IMG/VR virus record: IMGVR_UViG_3300044701_004608
Coordinates: 32,001 to 96,000 of that record
Source: a virus
Length of the DNA: 64,000 nucleotides
Strand: one strand, 5' to 3'
Of the stretch, positions 1-7,790 are shown in pieces. The translations under genes were made by a program, and so were the position numbers. The notes beneath the pieces are model-generated. The model made no database searches and was not told where the DNA came from. It worked only from the letters and a program-made list of their open reading frames with translations. Every line of letters begins with the position of its first letter. The first letter of the stretch is position 1.

Positions 1-783
1 TGGTATAGAAATTACTGGAAAGATGATATCAATATCGAATTCGAACATGAATATTTATTTGTAAATTACCAACATGTTTTAAATCCGAAGAGGTCTTATA
101 GAGTTGATTTTATGTGTCGTGCCAATGATTGTGGGCTGCTTGATCATGGGCTGACAAGTTTTAAGAGCCCTGGGATCAACGAAATAGATAACATATTAAA
201 ACAAACTCCAGAATTTTCTGAAGAAAGTTGGGCGATTTATAAAAAAAATCAACACATACTCGACAAAAATTATATAATCGACACTAAAGATCCCCATGGG
301 GCTTTAAGTACATCCATAGACATTGAGAATTCAAAAAAATGTTTTTTACATGTGGTGTCAGAAACAGTTTACTATAGTAAAAAACTCCATCTCACTGAAA
401 AGGTTTTTAAACCAATAGTGATCAAGCAACCATTCGTATTACTTGCGGCGCCAGGAAACTTAGATTATCTGAAAAGTTACGGATTTAAAACTTTTTCCAA
501 TTATTGGGACGAAAGTTACGACAGCATCGAAGATCCCGGGCAAAGAATGGCGGCCGTGATAAAAATACTAGAAAATCTGAAATCTATGTCTTACAAACAA
601 AGAGTTGAGATGAAAAAAGACATGCAGGACATTTTGCAATATAATTTCGATCATTTCTATCATGATCTTAAACATATTGTAGCCGACGAATTCATCACTA
701 ATTCCAAAGAATCTTTCAGTAAATTTAATATCAACATCTCCGACGATCATTGGAAAAAACTCTATAAGATCCTGACTTTCTAA
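1..783 (+). CDS. Glycosyltransferase family 10-like phage protein, 5'-truncated by the window edge
   Basis: Frame is open from base 1; motifs VVSET, LTEKVFKPI, YGFKTF..WDESYD; AT-rich. Confidence 0.6.
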   Translation, partial: WYRNYWKDDINIEFEHEYLFVNYQHVLNPKRSYRVDFMCRANDCGLLDHGLTSFKSPGINEIDNILKQTPEFSEESWAIYKKNQHILDKNYIIDTKDPHGALSTSIDIENSKKCFLHVVSETVYYSKKLHLTEKVFKPIVIKQPFVLLAAPGNLDYLKSYGFKTFSNYWDESYDSIEDPGQRMAAVIKILENLKSMSYKQRVEMKKDMQDILQYNFDHFYHDLKHIVADEFITNSKESFSKFNINISDDHWKKLYKILTF

Positions 784-799
784 AAAGTCGTCTATCCAA

Positions 800-805
800 T
801 AAATA
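800..805 (+). promoter_or_regulatory. T4-like late promoter core TAAATA
   Basis: TAAATA about 30 nt upstream of the 836 start, followed by AAGGAG SD. Confidence 0.55.
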
Positions 806-835
806 CCAGTATAAAAATAAAATCAAGGAGCTGGT

Positions 836-1114
836 ATGGATTTCTTCAAACTCGTAGCCGAAGTAGGCTTTCCCATCGCGGCGGCCTGTGCTGGCGGTTA
901 CTTCATCTTCCTAACACTTAAATTCATCCTGGCCGGGGTCATGAGCTCGGTATCGGGATTAAGTGGTATTATTACTGCCCTAGACAATCGCGTCAAGACC
1001 ATGAACCACGATGTCATACGCATCGACACAGTGGTATCTAACGCCCTAGGACTCAAGCCCGACACTAACCGTATCGCTAGAGCTGACGGCAAGAACGACG
1101 CACGTAGAGACTAA
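836..1114 (+). CDS. Small membrane protein (GFPI motif, TM plus coiled coil; YvrJ/holin-like)
   Basis: VAEVGFPIAA N-terminal TM; paralog of 1799..2164. Confidence 0.7.
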   Translation: MDFFKLVAEVGFPIAAACAGGYFIFLTLKFILAGVMSSVSGLSGIITALDNRVKTMNHDVIRIDTVVSNALGLKPDTNRIARADGKNDARRD

Positions 1115-1115
1115 G

Positions 1116-1262
1116 ATGTATTCAGATCCACTGTTTGAATCGTTCCTAGTATTCTACTTGTTAGAGTGCTTGGTTTTGTTTTCGGCCTGGTATCTCTATT
1201 ATAGAGAACCTAAGAAAATAGAGAAAAAAATATATAACCCATGGGGGTTTTGGAAAGAATAA
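1116..1262 (+). CDS. 48-aa single-TM protein (not in ORF track)
   Basis: MYSDPLFESFLVFYLLECLVLFSAWYLYY...NPWGFWKE*; its TAA overlaps the next ATG. Confidence 0.55.
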   Translation: MYSDPLFESFLVFYLLECLVLFSAWYLYYREPKKIEKKIYNPWGFWKE

Positions 1263-1453
1263 TGTTACACCTCGATTACACTTGGGACCTATCCGAAAAC
1301 GGGATATTGCTCGACGAAGAACTCAACATAGATCGCCTAGGCTGGCGCGGCGGCGATTATTTCCAACTAGTCAACATCAACGGCCGGGCCATGTTACGCA
1401 AAGTAGACCCATTGGTCAAGTTCCTCAAAGACGGAGAAAAAAATGAAAACTGA
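1262..1453 (+). CDS. Small hypothetical protein, possibly AbrB/SpoVT-like
   Basis: TAATG coupling at 1260-1264; LGWRGGDYFQLVNINGRAMLRKV pattern. Confidence 0.55.
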   Translation: MLHLDYTWDLSENGILLDEELNIDRLGWRGGDYFQLVNINGRAMLRKVDPLVKFLKDGEKNEN

Positions 1454-1601
1454 TTTCAACAAGATGGCTATATGGTATGACTCGGACATGCTCAAGTTTG
1501 CGCTGTTTGGCGCATTCGTTGGGTTCATAGTCGGCGTAGGTGTAGGATATGAGCTAGGGTTCAAGCCCGTGGTGAATACTGTAAGATACTTGATAGGATG
1601 A
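1443..1601 (+). CDS. 52-aa single-TM protein (not in ORF track)
   Basis: GGAG SD; MKTDFNKMAIWYDSDMLKFALFGAFVGFIVGVGVGYELG... Confidence 0.6.
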   Translation: MKTDFNKMAIWYDSDMLKFALFGAFVGFIVGVGVGYELGFKPVVNTVRYLIG

Positions 1602-1613
1602 TAGGAGTAAAAA

Positions 1614-1802
1614 ATGAATGAACTTTATATCAATCATACGATCGCAGAATACCTATTCATGGTTTTGTGGATGGCATTCGTGTGTTTAATCATATACACA
1701 TATGTCAGAGTCAATGATCTTAAAGAACAGAGAGATTATTACAGATATCTACAGCAGATCAGAGAGCAGGCTTATAAAATTGATAGAAATCGAGGTGTAT
1801 GA
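1614..1802 (+). CDS. Small single-TM protein
   Basis: AGGAG SD; hydrophobic segment YLFMVLWMAFVCLIIYTYV. Confidence 0.6.
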   Translation: MNELYINHTIAEYLFMVLWMAFVCLIIYTYVRVNDLKEQRDYYRYLQQIREQAYKIDRNRGV

Positions 1803-2164
1803 TGGATTTAGTAGCGATGATCAACAAATACGGCTTCCCCATCGTGGCGGCCGGTGGCATGGGATACATGATATACTATGTGTGGACTTGGGCCACCAAA
1901 GAAGTCAAGCCTGTACTCAAAGAAGCCAACACCGTGCTGATCGCGCTGATCGATCGCATCCGCATGCTGGACAACGATCTCATCAGACTCAATCAAAAAG
2001 TTGACGTAGTGTTACACCTGCGTGGCAAGATCATCGAAGGTGAGCGTGTTATCGAACAGCAGAAGACCGAGCGTGAAGCTGGAGAGAAATTCAAACAAGC
2101 TATATCCGAAACTGATCAAGACAAGCAAGACGATAAGAAAACAGCGTCTGCCGGCGAAGGTTAA
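1799..2164 (+). CDS. Small membrane protein (GFPI motif, TM plus coiled coil)
   Basis: INKYGFPIVAAGG; ALIDRIRMLDNDLIRL aligns with ALDNRVKTMNHDVIRI of 836..1114. Confidence 0.7.
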   Translation: MMDLVAMINKYGFPIVAAGGMGYMIYYVWTWATKEVKPVLKEANTVLIALIDRIRMLDNDLIRLNQKVDVVLHLRGKIIEGERVIEQQKTEREAGEKFKQAISETDQDKQDDKKTASAGEG

Positions 2165-2286
2165 TCCTTACGGCAAATGCTGGAGTTCACCGACTTCCCT
2201 ATGTTCGCATAGGGAAGGAAATACAGTTCTAAAAATACCTTAAGCCAATAGTCAAACGCCCTGGTCCATACATCATATCCGTACAT
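2161..2286 (-). CDS. 41-aa aromatic-rich peptide downstream of the cyclase (not in ORF track)
   Basis: AAGGAG SD; MYGYDVWTRAFDYWLKVFLELYFLPYANIGKSVNSSICRKD*. Confidence 0.5.
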   Translation of the reverse strand: MYGYDVWTRAFDYWLKVFLELYFLPYANIGKSVNSSICRKD

Positions 2287-2300
2287 GGCCTGCTCCTTGT

Positions 2301-4355
2301 TTACTTCTCGTGCGCGATGAACTCACCGTTCCAGTTATTAGGTAAGTTCTGCTCCTTCATGAACTCGCAACGTTCGATCCAGATCTTGTAATACTTGTCC
2401 ATCTGTCCACCGAACGAACCTTTCATCTTCTTACACATGGCTGCGGTCTCATCGAACTTTTTCTGTTTATATAAGGCATGCATCTTTTCATGTTGCTCTC
2501 GATCTTTGGTCCAATCTTCTCCGTTAGGACGTAAGGCTGTGTAGATCAAGTCTGCTACAGTCTTGCCTTTTGGCTGTAAGTTGTCTAGCATCAAGTAGAA
2601 GAAGTCGTCTTTAGTACGGTTGTATGTCTCGGCACCAATGATACACAATACGCCATATGCTTTACAACGTGCTTCTAGACGTGCGGCGGTTGAAACCATG
2701 TCGCCTAAGATGTCGTAACTGTGTCTATCAGTCGATCCCATCTCGCCGATAAAGCCAATACCAGTGTTACAACCCCAACCCATTGCGGCTGGTGGTAAAC
2801 CTTGTGCTTCCATTTCTTTAGTGTAGGCATCTACAGCATCTAACATCTGTAAGCCAACGGCAACGATCGTGCGAGCATGGTTAGGATCTTCGATCGGAGC
2901 ACCATGAATGTGCATACTCGCGTCACCTACATACTTGATGACCATGCCTTTGTTGTCCATGATAGGACGACTGATGGCATCCATGTAGCCGTTCATGTAT
3001 TTGCCGAGGCCAGCGACGTCATCACCATAGTGTTCACCAATGGGAGTGAAGCCACGCAGGTCTGAGAACATCACCGACACATCTTTGCGCACACCACGCT
3101 TGATCAAGTCGGGATCTTTCTGTAGCATCTCTACCACTTCTTTGCTACAGTATCCTGCGAACTGTTTTTTTATGGCTTGCTTCTGTAAGAACTCACTTAC
3201 AAACTTAACACCATAGGTGTGAAGAGCAACAAGCAAAAGACCAACAGTAGGTGCCGTCGCGTCGATGAGCACGTTTCGTGTAGTAAACATCCACCAAGAA
3301 CAAACAGCATAGGCAACGAGCCCAAGAATAGTTGTTGCGATACCGACATAAGTCCACCTCGATATTATTATTATTGTCAGAGATAGTGCCAGGAAAGCAG
3401 CCAGCTCAGCCATGTCGGCCCAGCCAGGTCGTTGAATATGGACGTTGTTAAACATCGTGCCGATCACAGCGGCTTGCACAGTTTGTGGCCACACGGATCC
3501 CTGTGCTGTGGCAACAGGGTTAGATAGGCCGGCGGCAGCGGTGCCCACGATCACTACAGCGCCACCTAGGTCTTGCGGTAGTTCAGTGAGCCCAACCGAT
3601 TTTGAAGTCTGGCTCCAGTCTATCCATATACGACCTAAGTCGTCTGTAGGTATGACGCCAAACTTGGGAATACGCATCTTCTCTACACCTAGCTCGTTGA
3701 GCTTGGCTTGGAAGTTGGGGTCACCAGCAATGACTCTCAGCACTTCCATAGAGAGTGCGGGATATACTTGATAGCCGGCTTTGTCGGGGACCGATACTAA
3801 TAACGGCATGCGGCGTGTGACGCCATCCACTTCAGGGAATGTGGTAGTGAGTCCCACACCCACGGCAGAGTTTTCCAGTCGTGGTATGTTGGCTATGATG
3901 CCGTCTACTGTGGGCAGTCGATCAGCGAACTGTGCGCCGATGATAGCGGCGCCAGGACTGCGTGGTTCGTTCTTGCCTTTAGGTGCTGCCACGTTGGGCA
4001 ATATCACTGGCAGTTCTCGCATGGCCTGTGACAGACGAGCATCGCCGCCGGAACGATCCGCCTCGGGCATCAAGACATTGAACACCACCAAGCCAGCACC
4101 GCGCTTGTAAAGGTCTTCGATGATGTTGGCGTAGATCTGACGAGGGAATGGCCATTGGCCATAACGCTCTAGCGCGGCTTCGTCGATGTTGACGGTGTAG
4201 ATATTGTTTTCTGTGGGAGTCTTGCTGGTGATCAGCGTGTCGAAGTATCTGAGTTTTATGCTTTCTACAAAGACAGGATTGGCGAGTATTGTAATTGCTA
4301 GAAAGACAACAGTGACCAGTGCCCACAGTGGGCTGAGTGCTATTTTTTTGAACAT
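2301..4355 (-). CDS. CHASE2-domain class III adenylate cyclase
   Basis: CHASE2 motifs (VNIDE..L..YGQWPFPR, DGVTRRMPL), 3 TMs, cyclase motifs FSDLRGFT, KYVGDA, YDILGDMVSTAARLE; start at MFKK just after TAAATA. Confidence 0.93.
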   Translation of the reverse strand: MFKKIALSPLWALVTVVFLAITILANPVFVESIKLRYFDTLITSKTPTENNIYTVNIDEAALERYGQWPFPRQIYANIIEDLYKRGAGLVVFNVLMPEADRSGGDARLSQAMRELPVILPNVAAPKGKNEPRSPGAAIIGAQFADRLPTVDGIIANIPRLENSAVGVGLTTTFPEVDGVTRRMPLLVSVPDKAGYQVYPALSMEVLRVIAGDPNFQAKLNELGVEKMRIPKFGVIPTDDLGRIWIDWSQTSKSVGLTELPQDLGGAVVIVGTAAAGLSNPVATAQGSVWPQTVQAAVIGTMFNNVHIQRPGWADMAELAAFLALSLTIIIISRWTYVGIATTILGLVAYAVCSWWMFTTRNVLIDATAPTVGLLLVALHTYGVKFVSEFLQKQAIKKQFAGYCSKEVVEMLQKDPDLIKRGVRKDVSVMFSDLRGFTPIGEHYGDDVAGLGKYMNGYMDAISRPIMDNKGMVIKYVGDASMHIHGAPIEDPNHARTIVAVGLQMLDAVDAYTKEMEAQGLPPAAMGWGCNTGIGFIGEMGSTDRHSYDILGDMVSTAARLEARCKAYGVLCIIGAETYNRTKDDFFYLMLDNLQPKGKTVADLIYTALRPNGEDWTKDREQHEKMHALYKQKKFDETAAMCKKMKGSFGGQMDKYYKIWIERCEFMKEQNLPNNWNGEFIAHEK

Positions 4356-4366
4356 CAAGTATTTAG

Positions 4367-4464
4367 TGGTGCTCACTTCCGGGGTCCACGGTAGCGAATC
4401 GCTTTCCCCGCGCCAGCAGCCGGCGCACACTACGGTAACTTAATACCGGTCCTAAGGTGTGTCC
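4367..4464 (-). ncRNA. Candidate structured ncRNA between desaturase and cyclase
   Basis: GC-rich intergenic stretch with CACAC/GUGUG, CGGUA/UACCG, GCGCCGG/CUGGCGC and GGGG..GCG/CGU..CCCC stems. Confidence 0.5.
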
Positions 4465-5172
4465 TTATGGGGTCTTGACTCGAGCAAGACCCACGATCTC
4501 TAGCATCCTGATATACATCCAGCCTATGTCAAACTCCCACCACTTGTCGCTTAGTTTCGCCGAAGCAGGGCTCTTATGGTGGTTATTGTGTAGTTCTTCG
4601 CCGCCGACGATGATGCCAAACGGTGCGATGTTAGTGGACCGATCACCAGTCTCATGATTCCTATATCCTATGAAATGTGCCAATCCATTGATGACGCCAG
4701 CGGCCCAGAAGGGTATCCAAGCCATCTGTACCAACCACATCACTATGCCCCAGCCATGGAACAAGTATGTCTCTAGGACCAGCAGGGCAGTGATGCCCCA
4801 CTTGCTGTGGCTGCTGTAGATGTTGCGTTCCACCCAGTCATCGGGCGTGCCCACACCATAGGCTTCGACCATGGCCGAGTTCTTGCTGGCATCGTTGTAG
4901 AGCCACGCACCGCCAAACAGCACACGCCAGATACCGTAGACATGTGGTGAATGTGGATCACCTTCGCCTTCGGTGAAGCGATGATGCTTGCGATGTATGG
5001 CCACCCATTGCCGAGTGACCATACCTGTGGTCAGCCACAACCAGAATCGCATAGCGTGGCTGACTACTGGGTGTAGTTCTACTGCGCGGTGTGCCTGGCT
5101 CCTGTGTAGGTAGATGGTCACACACGCGATGGTGATGTGTGTCATCACCAATACTAAAATAAGTTCTGTCAT
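4465..5172 (-). CDS. Delta-9 acyl-CoA/fatty acid desaturase
   Basis: Three His boxes HRSQAH, HRKHH, HNNHH; WWEFDIGW. Confidence 0.93.
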   Translation of the reverse strand: MTELILVLVMTHITIACVTIYLHRSQAHRAVELHPVVSHAMRFWLWLTTGMVTRQWVAIHRKHHRFTEGEGDPHSPHVYGIWRVLFGGAWLYNDASKNSAMVEAYGVGTPDDWVERNIYSSHSKWGITALLVLETYLFHGWGIVMWLVQMAWIPFWAAGVINGLAHFIGYRNHETGDRSTNIAPFGIIVGGEELHNNHHKSPASAKLSDKWWEFDIGWMYIRMLEIVGLARVKTP

Positions 5173-5173
5173 A

Positions 5174-5815
5174 TTATTTCCAAGTTACCATCTTGAAGCG
5201 TTCGTCGGGCATGCCCACGAACTGACACTTCCAATGGCTTTGTGCGAAGTAGTCTAAGTCATACCACTCGCTTTTCCGTTCCAACATCCTTTTCGCTACA
5301 TCGTCCCAGTCCAGTTCGCCAAAACGCATTTCAGCGAAACATTTGAGATCCAGCATCTCGTTGTGGTCGAAGCAGTCGTATTCCCAGTGTAGGACTTCGA
5401 AGCAGTTGCCTTCGCAGTCCACCCAGTCCACAGAGAAGTCCACCCCCCACTTGGGTCGTATGGCCAACAGTTTGTGGCACAGTGGCATGTCTCGAGTCCA
5501 GCGTTCTAATTGTTTCTTCGCCTCGCCAGCATAACCTTTGCGCTCATACAGGTTGCTGTGATTCAATGTGGCACCTACCACGCTCTGGCGATCTTGCTCG
5601 AACCAGTCTTGCCGGATGGCATTGCGATGCGGATGCTCACCAGTGAAGTGGCAATGATTGGCCCTGGCATATCTGCGCTCGATGGCTGTGAGATCATAAC
5701 CGGTCTGGTCGAACATCACGAAGTCATCGGCGATGGGCATGAACATCATTGAGTCTATGGGCATGTTCCAGAACCCGTCAGGGTTGAAACTGGTGCCTCG
5801 ATTCATCAAACGCAT
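5174..5815 (-). CDS. Hypothetical phage protein
   Basis: Fills the gap between neighbours; likely start MRLMNRG; aromatic-rich. Confidence 0.7.
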   Translation of the reverse strand: MRLMNRGTSFNPDGFWNMPIDSMMFMPIADDFVMFDQTGYDLTAIERRYARANHCHFTGEHPHRNAIRQDWFEQDRQSVVGATLNHSNLYERKGYAGEAKKQLERWTRDMPLCHKLLAIRPKWGVDFSVDWVDCEGNCFEVLHWEYDCFDHNEMLDLKCFAEMRFGELDWDDVAKRMLERKSEWYDLDYFAQSHWKCQFVGMPDERFKMVTWK

Positions 5816-5816
5816 C

Positions 5817-6212
5817 TTACAATGTATCTCGTTGGACCCACTGCTGTTCGTACTTCTTGGGCACGGACTTCTTCTGCTGCCCGGGTTGTTCGCCGGTATA
5901 AGGAGCGATCTTGGTGCCAGTGGCCGTGACACAGAAAGCGTCTTCGGCCACACGCTCAACCAAGCTCCAAGTGCCCGATTTGGGATTGGCGAACATGATG
6001 GTCACGAACTCCATGCTCTGGCCACCAACTTCGCGACCCGCGAGCATCGACATCATGGGCTGTTCTTCATATTTTGCCAAGACTGCGCCCAGGGCTTGTG
6101 TGGTCATGCAGTAAGCGTCAAACTTCACTGTTTCCACTTTGGGTGCTTCTTTTTCCTGGGCTGTAGCGATGCTGCCTGCTAATAGCGCCAACACCAATAG
6201 TAATCTTTTCAC
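5817..6212 (-). CDS. Secreted/periplasmic hypothetical protein
   Basis: GTG start with AGGAG SD; signal peptide KRLLLVLALLAGSIATAQ; two Cys; TAAATA at 6233-6238. Confidence 0.7.
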   Translation of the reverse strand: MKRLLLVLALLAGSIATAQEKEAPKVETVKFDAYCMTTQALGAVLAKYEEQPMMSMLAGREVGGQSMEFVTIMFANPKSGTWSLVERVAEDAFCVTATGTKIAPYTGEQPGQQKKSVPKKYEQQWVQRDTL

Positions 6213-6235
6213 GACCTTCTCCTGGTTAAAGTTAT

Positions 6236-6664
6236 TTACCGTGGGTCCTTTGGCATCGCCGCGGTATGATCCCATTGATAGAACTCGAAAGGACTCTCGG
6301 GTTCGTCTTTTTTGCCCTTCATCTGTATTATCCGGCCTTTTTTGGCTTCTTTGACCGCTTGTCCCACTTTTTCTTGGTTCTTTTCGGTCCAAGGTATCTG
6401 ATGTAGTCTCGGGCCTTCTTTGTCGATGACCCAGATGTATATCCAAGGTTTGGCGTTGACGCCGTGTACTAATCTGCTGCCTTCCTGGGGCATGCTGGCC
6501 ACTGGTCGGCCCCGGATCTCGTCAAGGGCTTGCCAACTGAACCCTATACCAAACACCAGCAAGGGCGTCAGCAACAGCGTCAGCACGAAACTGCGATAGC
6601 GTATCAGTATGGTCAGCAACAATATCGCTAGAGTGAGGAATGAAGCCACGGCCAGCCAGATCAT
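6236..6664 (-). CDS. Two-TM membrane protein coupled to the MotA/ExbD-like pair
   Basis: Two N-terminal hydrophobic helices; ATGA overlap with upstream gene. Confidence 0.75.
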   Translation of the reverse strand: MIWLAVASFLTLAILLLTILIRYRSFVLTLLLTPLLVFGIGFSWQALDEIRGRPVASMPQEGSRLVHGVNAKPWIYIWVIDKEGPRLHQIPWTEKNQEKVGQAVKEAKKGRIIQMKGKKDEPESPFEFYQWDHTAAMPKDPR

Positions 6665-7299
6665 GGGTTTATCCTTTCGCCGGGCGGCGGCAATGTTTCC
6701 AGTGGGATGGCGCTACGGTCGGTCTCCGCGACCGTCGATACGAATCCATTGACATCCACAGTGAACGAATAATAGTTGTGTGCTTCTCCGCGGGCACCAA
6801 AATTGACGGTCTGCTGATAGATGATCTTGTAGGGATTGATCTTGAGCACTTCCACACGCACGGGTATGGGTGCTGAGATGTCTTGGTTAACGCGGTATAG
6901 GTGTCCGGATATCAAGTATTCGCCAGGCACTATGCCGCGTATGCTGACCGTCTCTTTGTTGCCCTCGACCATGACTTCTTGGCCATTGACCATCACGGTG
7001 TCGTTGAAACTGCCGAGGTCATCGCGGTCCAAGTTCATGAGCCCGGCTTCTTTGTTGCGGAATCCCACACGGTTGCCCATGGGATCTGCTACCCATAGAT
7101 CCATGTCGTTCTTGTCTGAGTCGGGCCATTCCATGGTGATCATGAACTCGGCCTTGGCCTTGATGTCGTTCTTCTTGGCCACGGGATTGATCATCAGGAA
7201 AGCCACCAGGAACAGGAACACGAATCCCACCAGGATGTTGAAAAGTAGATCTATGAACGCTATGGTGCTTTTGTAGCGGTCTTCACTGAGCATCGGCAT
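6661..7299 (-). CDS. ExbD/TolR/MotB-like single-TM protein with periplasmic beta domain
   Basis: TM with Asp (AFIDLLFNILVGFVFLFL); DMDLWVADP and LDRDD motifs. Confidence 0.7.
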   Translation of the reverse strand: MPMLSEDRYKSTIAFIDLLFNILVGFVFLFLVAFLMINPVAKKNDIKAKAEFMITMEWPDSDKNDMDLWVADPMGNRVGFRNKEAGLMNLDRDDLGSFNDTVMVNGQEVMVEGNKETVSIRGIVPGEYLISGHLYRVNQDISAPIPVRVEVLKINPYKIIYQQTVNFGARGEAHNYYSFTVDVNGFVSTVAETDRSAIPLETLPPPGERINP

Positions 7300-7786
7300 G
7301 GTCACGCCCCTCGTGGTAGTCGAGGACATGCTCGAGATTGACCAGTTGACTCTTGAGGAATAGGCTCGAGATGAGTCCCACCAGGGTGGTGTAGAGTGCA
7401 GTGCTCATGCCCAGGGCCATGTCAGCGAGAGCACGCTGTAAGGTGGCGGTATCGGCGACATTGATGCCCGAGAAAGTGGTGCCCAGCATCAGCAAGAATC
7501 CAGCCACTGTTCCAATCATGCCCACGGCCAGCATGGACTCGCTGAGGAACCAGCCTATCTTGATGTGATAGTTGACATTGGTGACAGTGATGTTATAGTG
7601 CCAGATGCCAGCGGCTATGGTGGATACCACCCATAGAAACAAGATCACGAAACTCAGTTTGGTCTGATCAGCCGCCCACAGTTCGTCGTAGGCACCGAAA
7701 TAGCCCACGACCATAAAAAATAGCCCCTGTAAACAGACCAGGAGCCACCAACGAAGGAAACTGGCTCTGATATATTTCATGTCCAT
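7283..7786 (-). CDS. MotA/TolQ/ExbB proton-channel family protein
   Basis: GMIGTVAGF and GMSTALYTTLVGL signature helices. Confidence 0.85.
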   Translation of the reverse strand: MDMKYIRASFLRWWLLVCLQGLFFMVVGYFGAYDELWAADQTKLSFVILFLWVVSTIAAGIWHYNITVTNVNYHIKIGWFLSESMLAVGMIGTVAGFLLMLGTTFSGINVADTATLQRALADMALGMSTALYTTLVGLISSLFLKSQLVNLEHVLDYHEGRDHADAQ

Positions 7787-7790
7787 GTAT

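Noticed and set aside
4367-4464. tRNA (minus strand ends in ACCA and has a UUCG-containing loop)
   Set aside because: No 7-bp acceptor stem pairing with the 3' end and no canonical D or anticodon arms; kept only as a generic structured RNA candidate
6661-7786. Zorya ZorA/ZorB defence system
   Set aside because: The MotA-like protein lacks the long ZorA tail, the partner lacks an OmpA-like domain, and no ZorC/D/E is present
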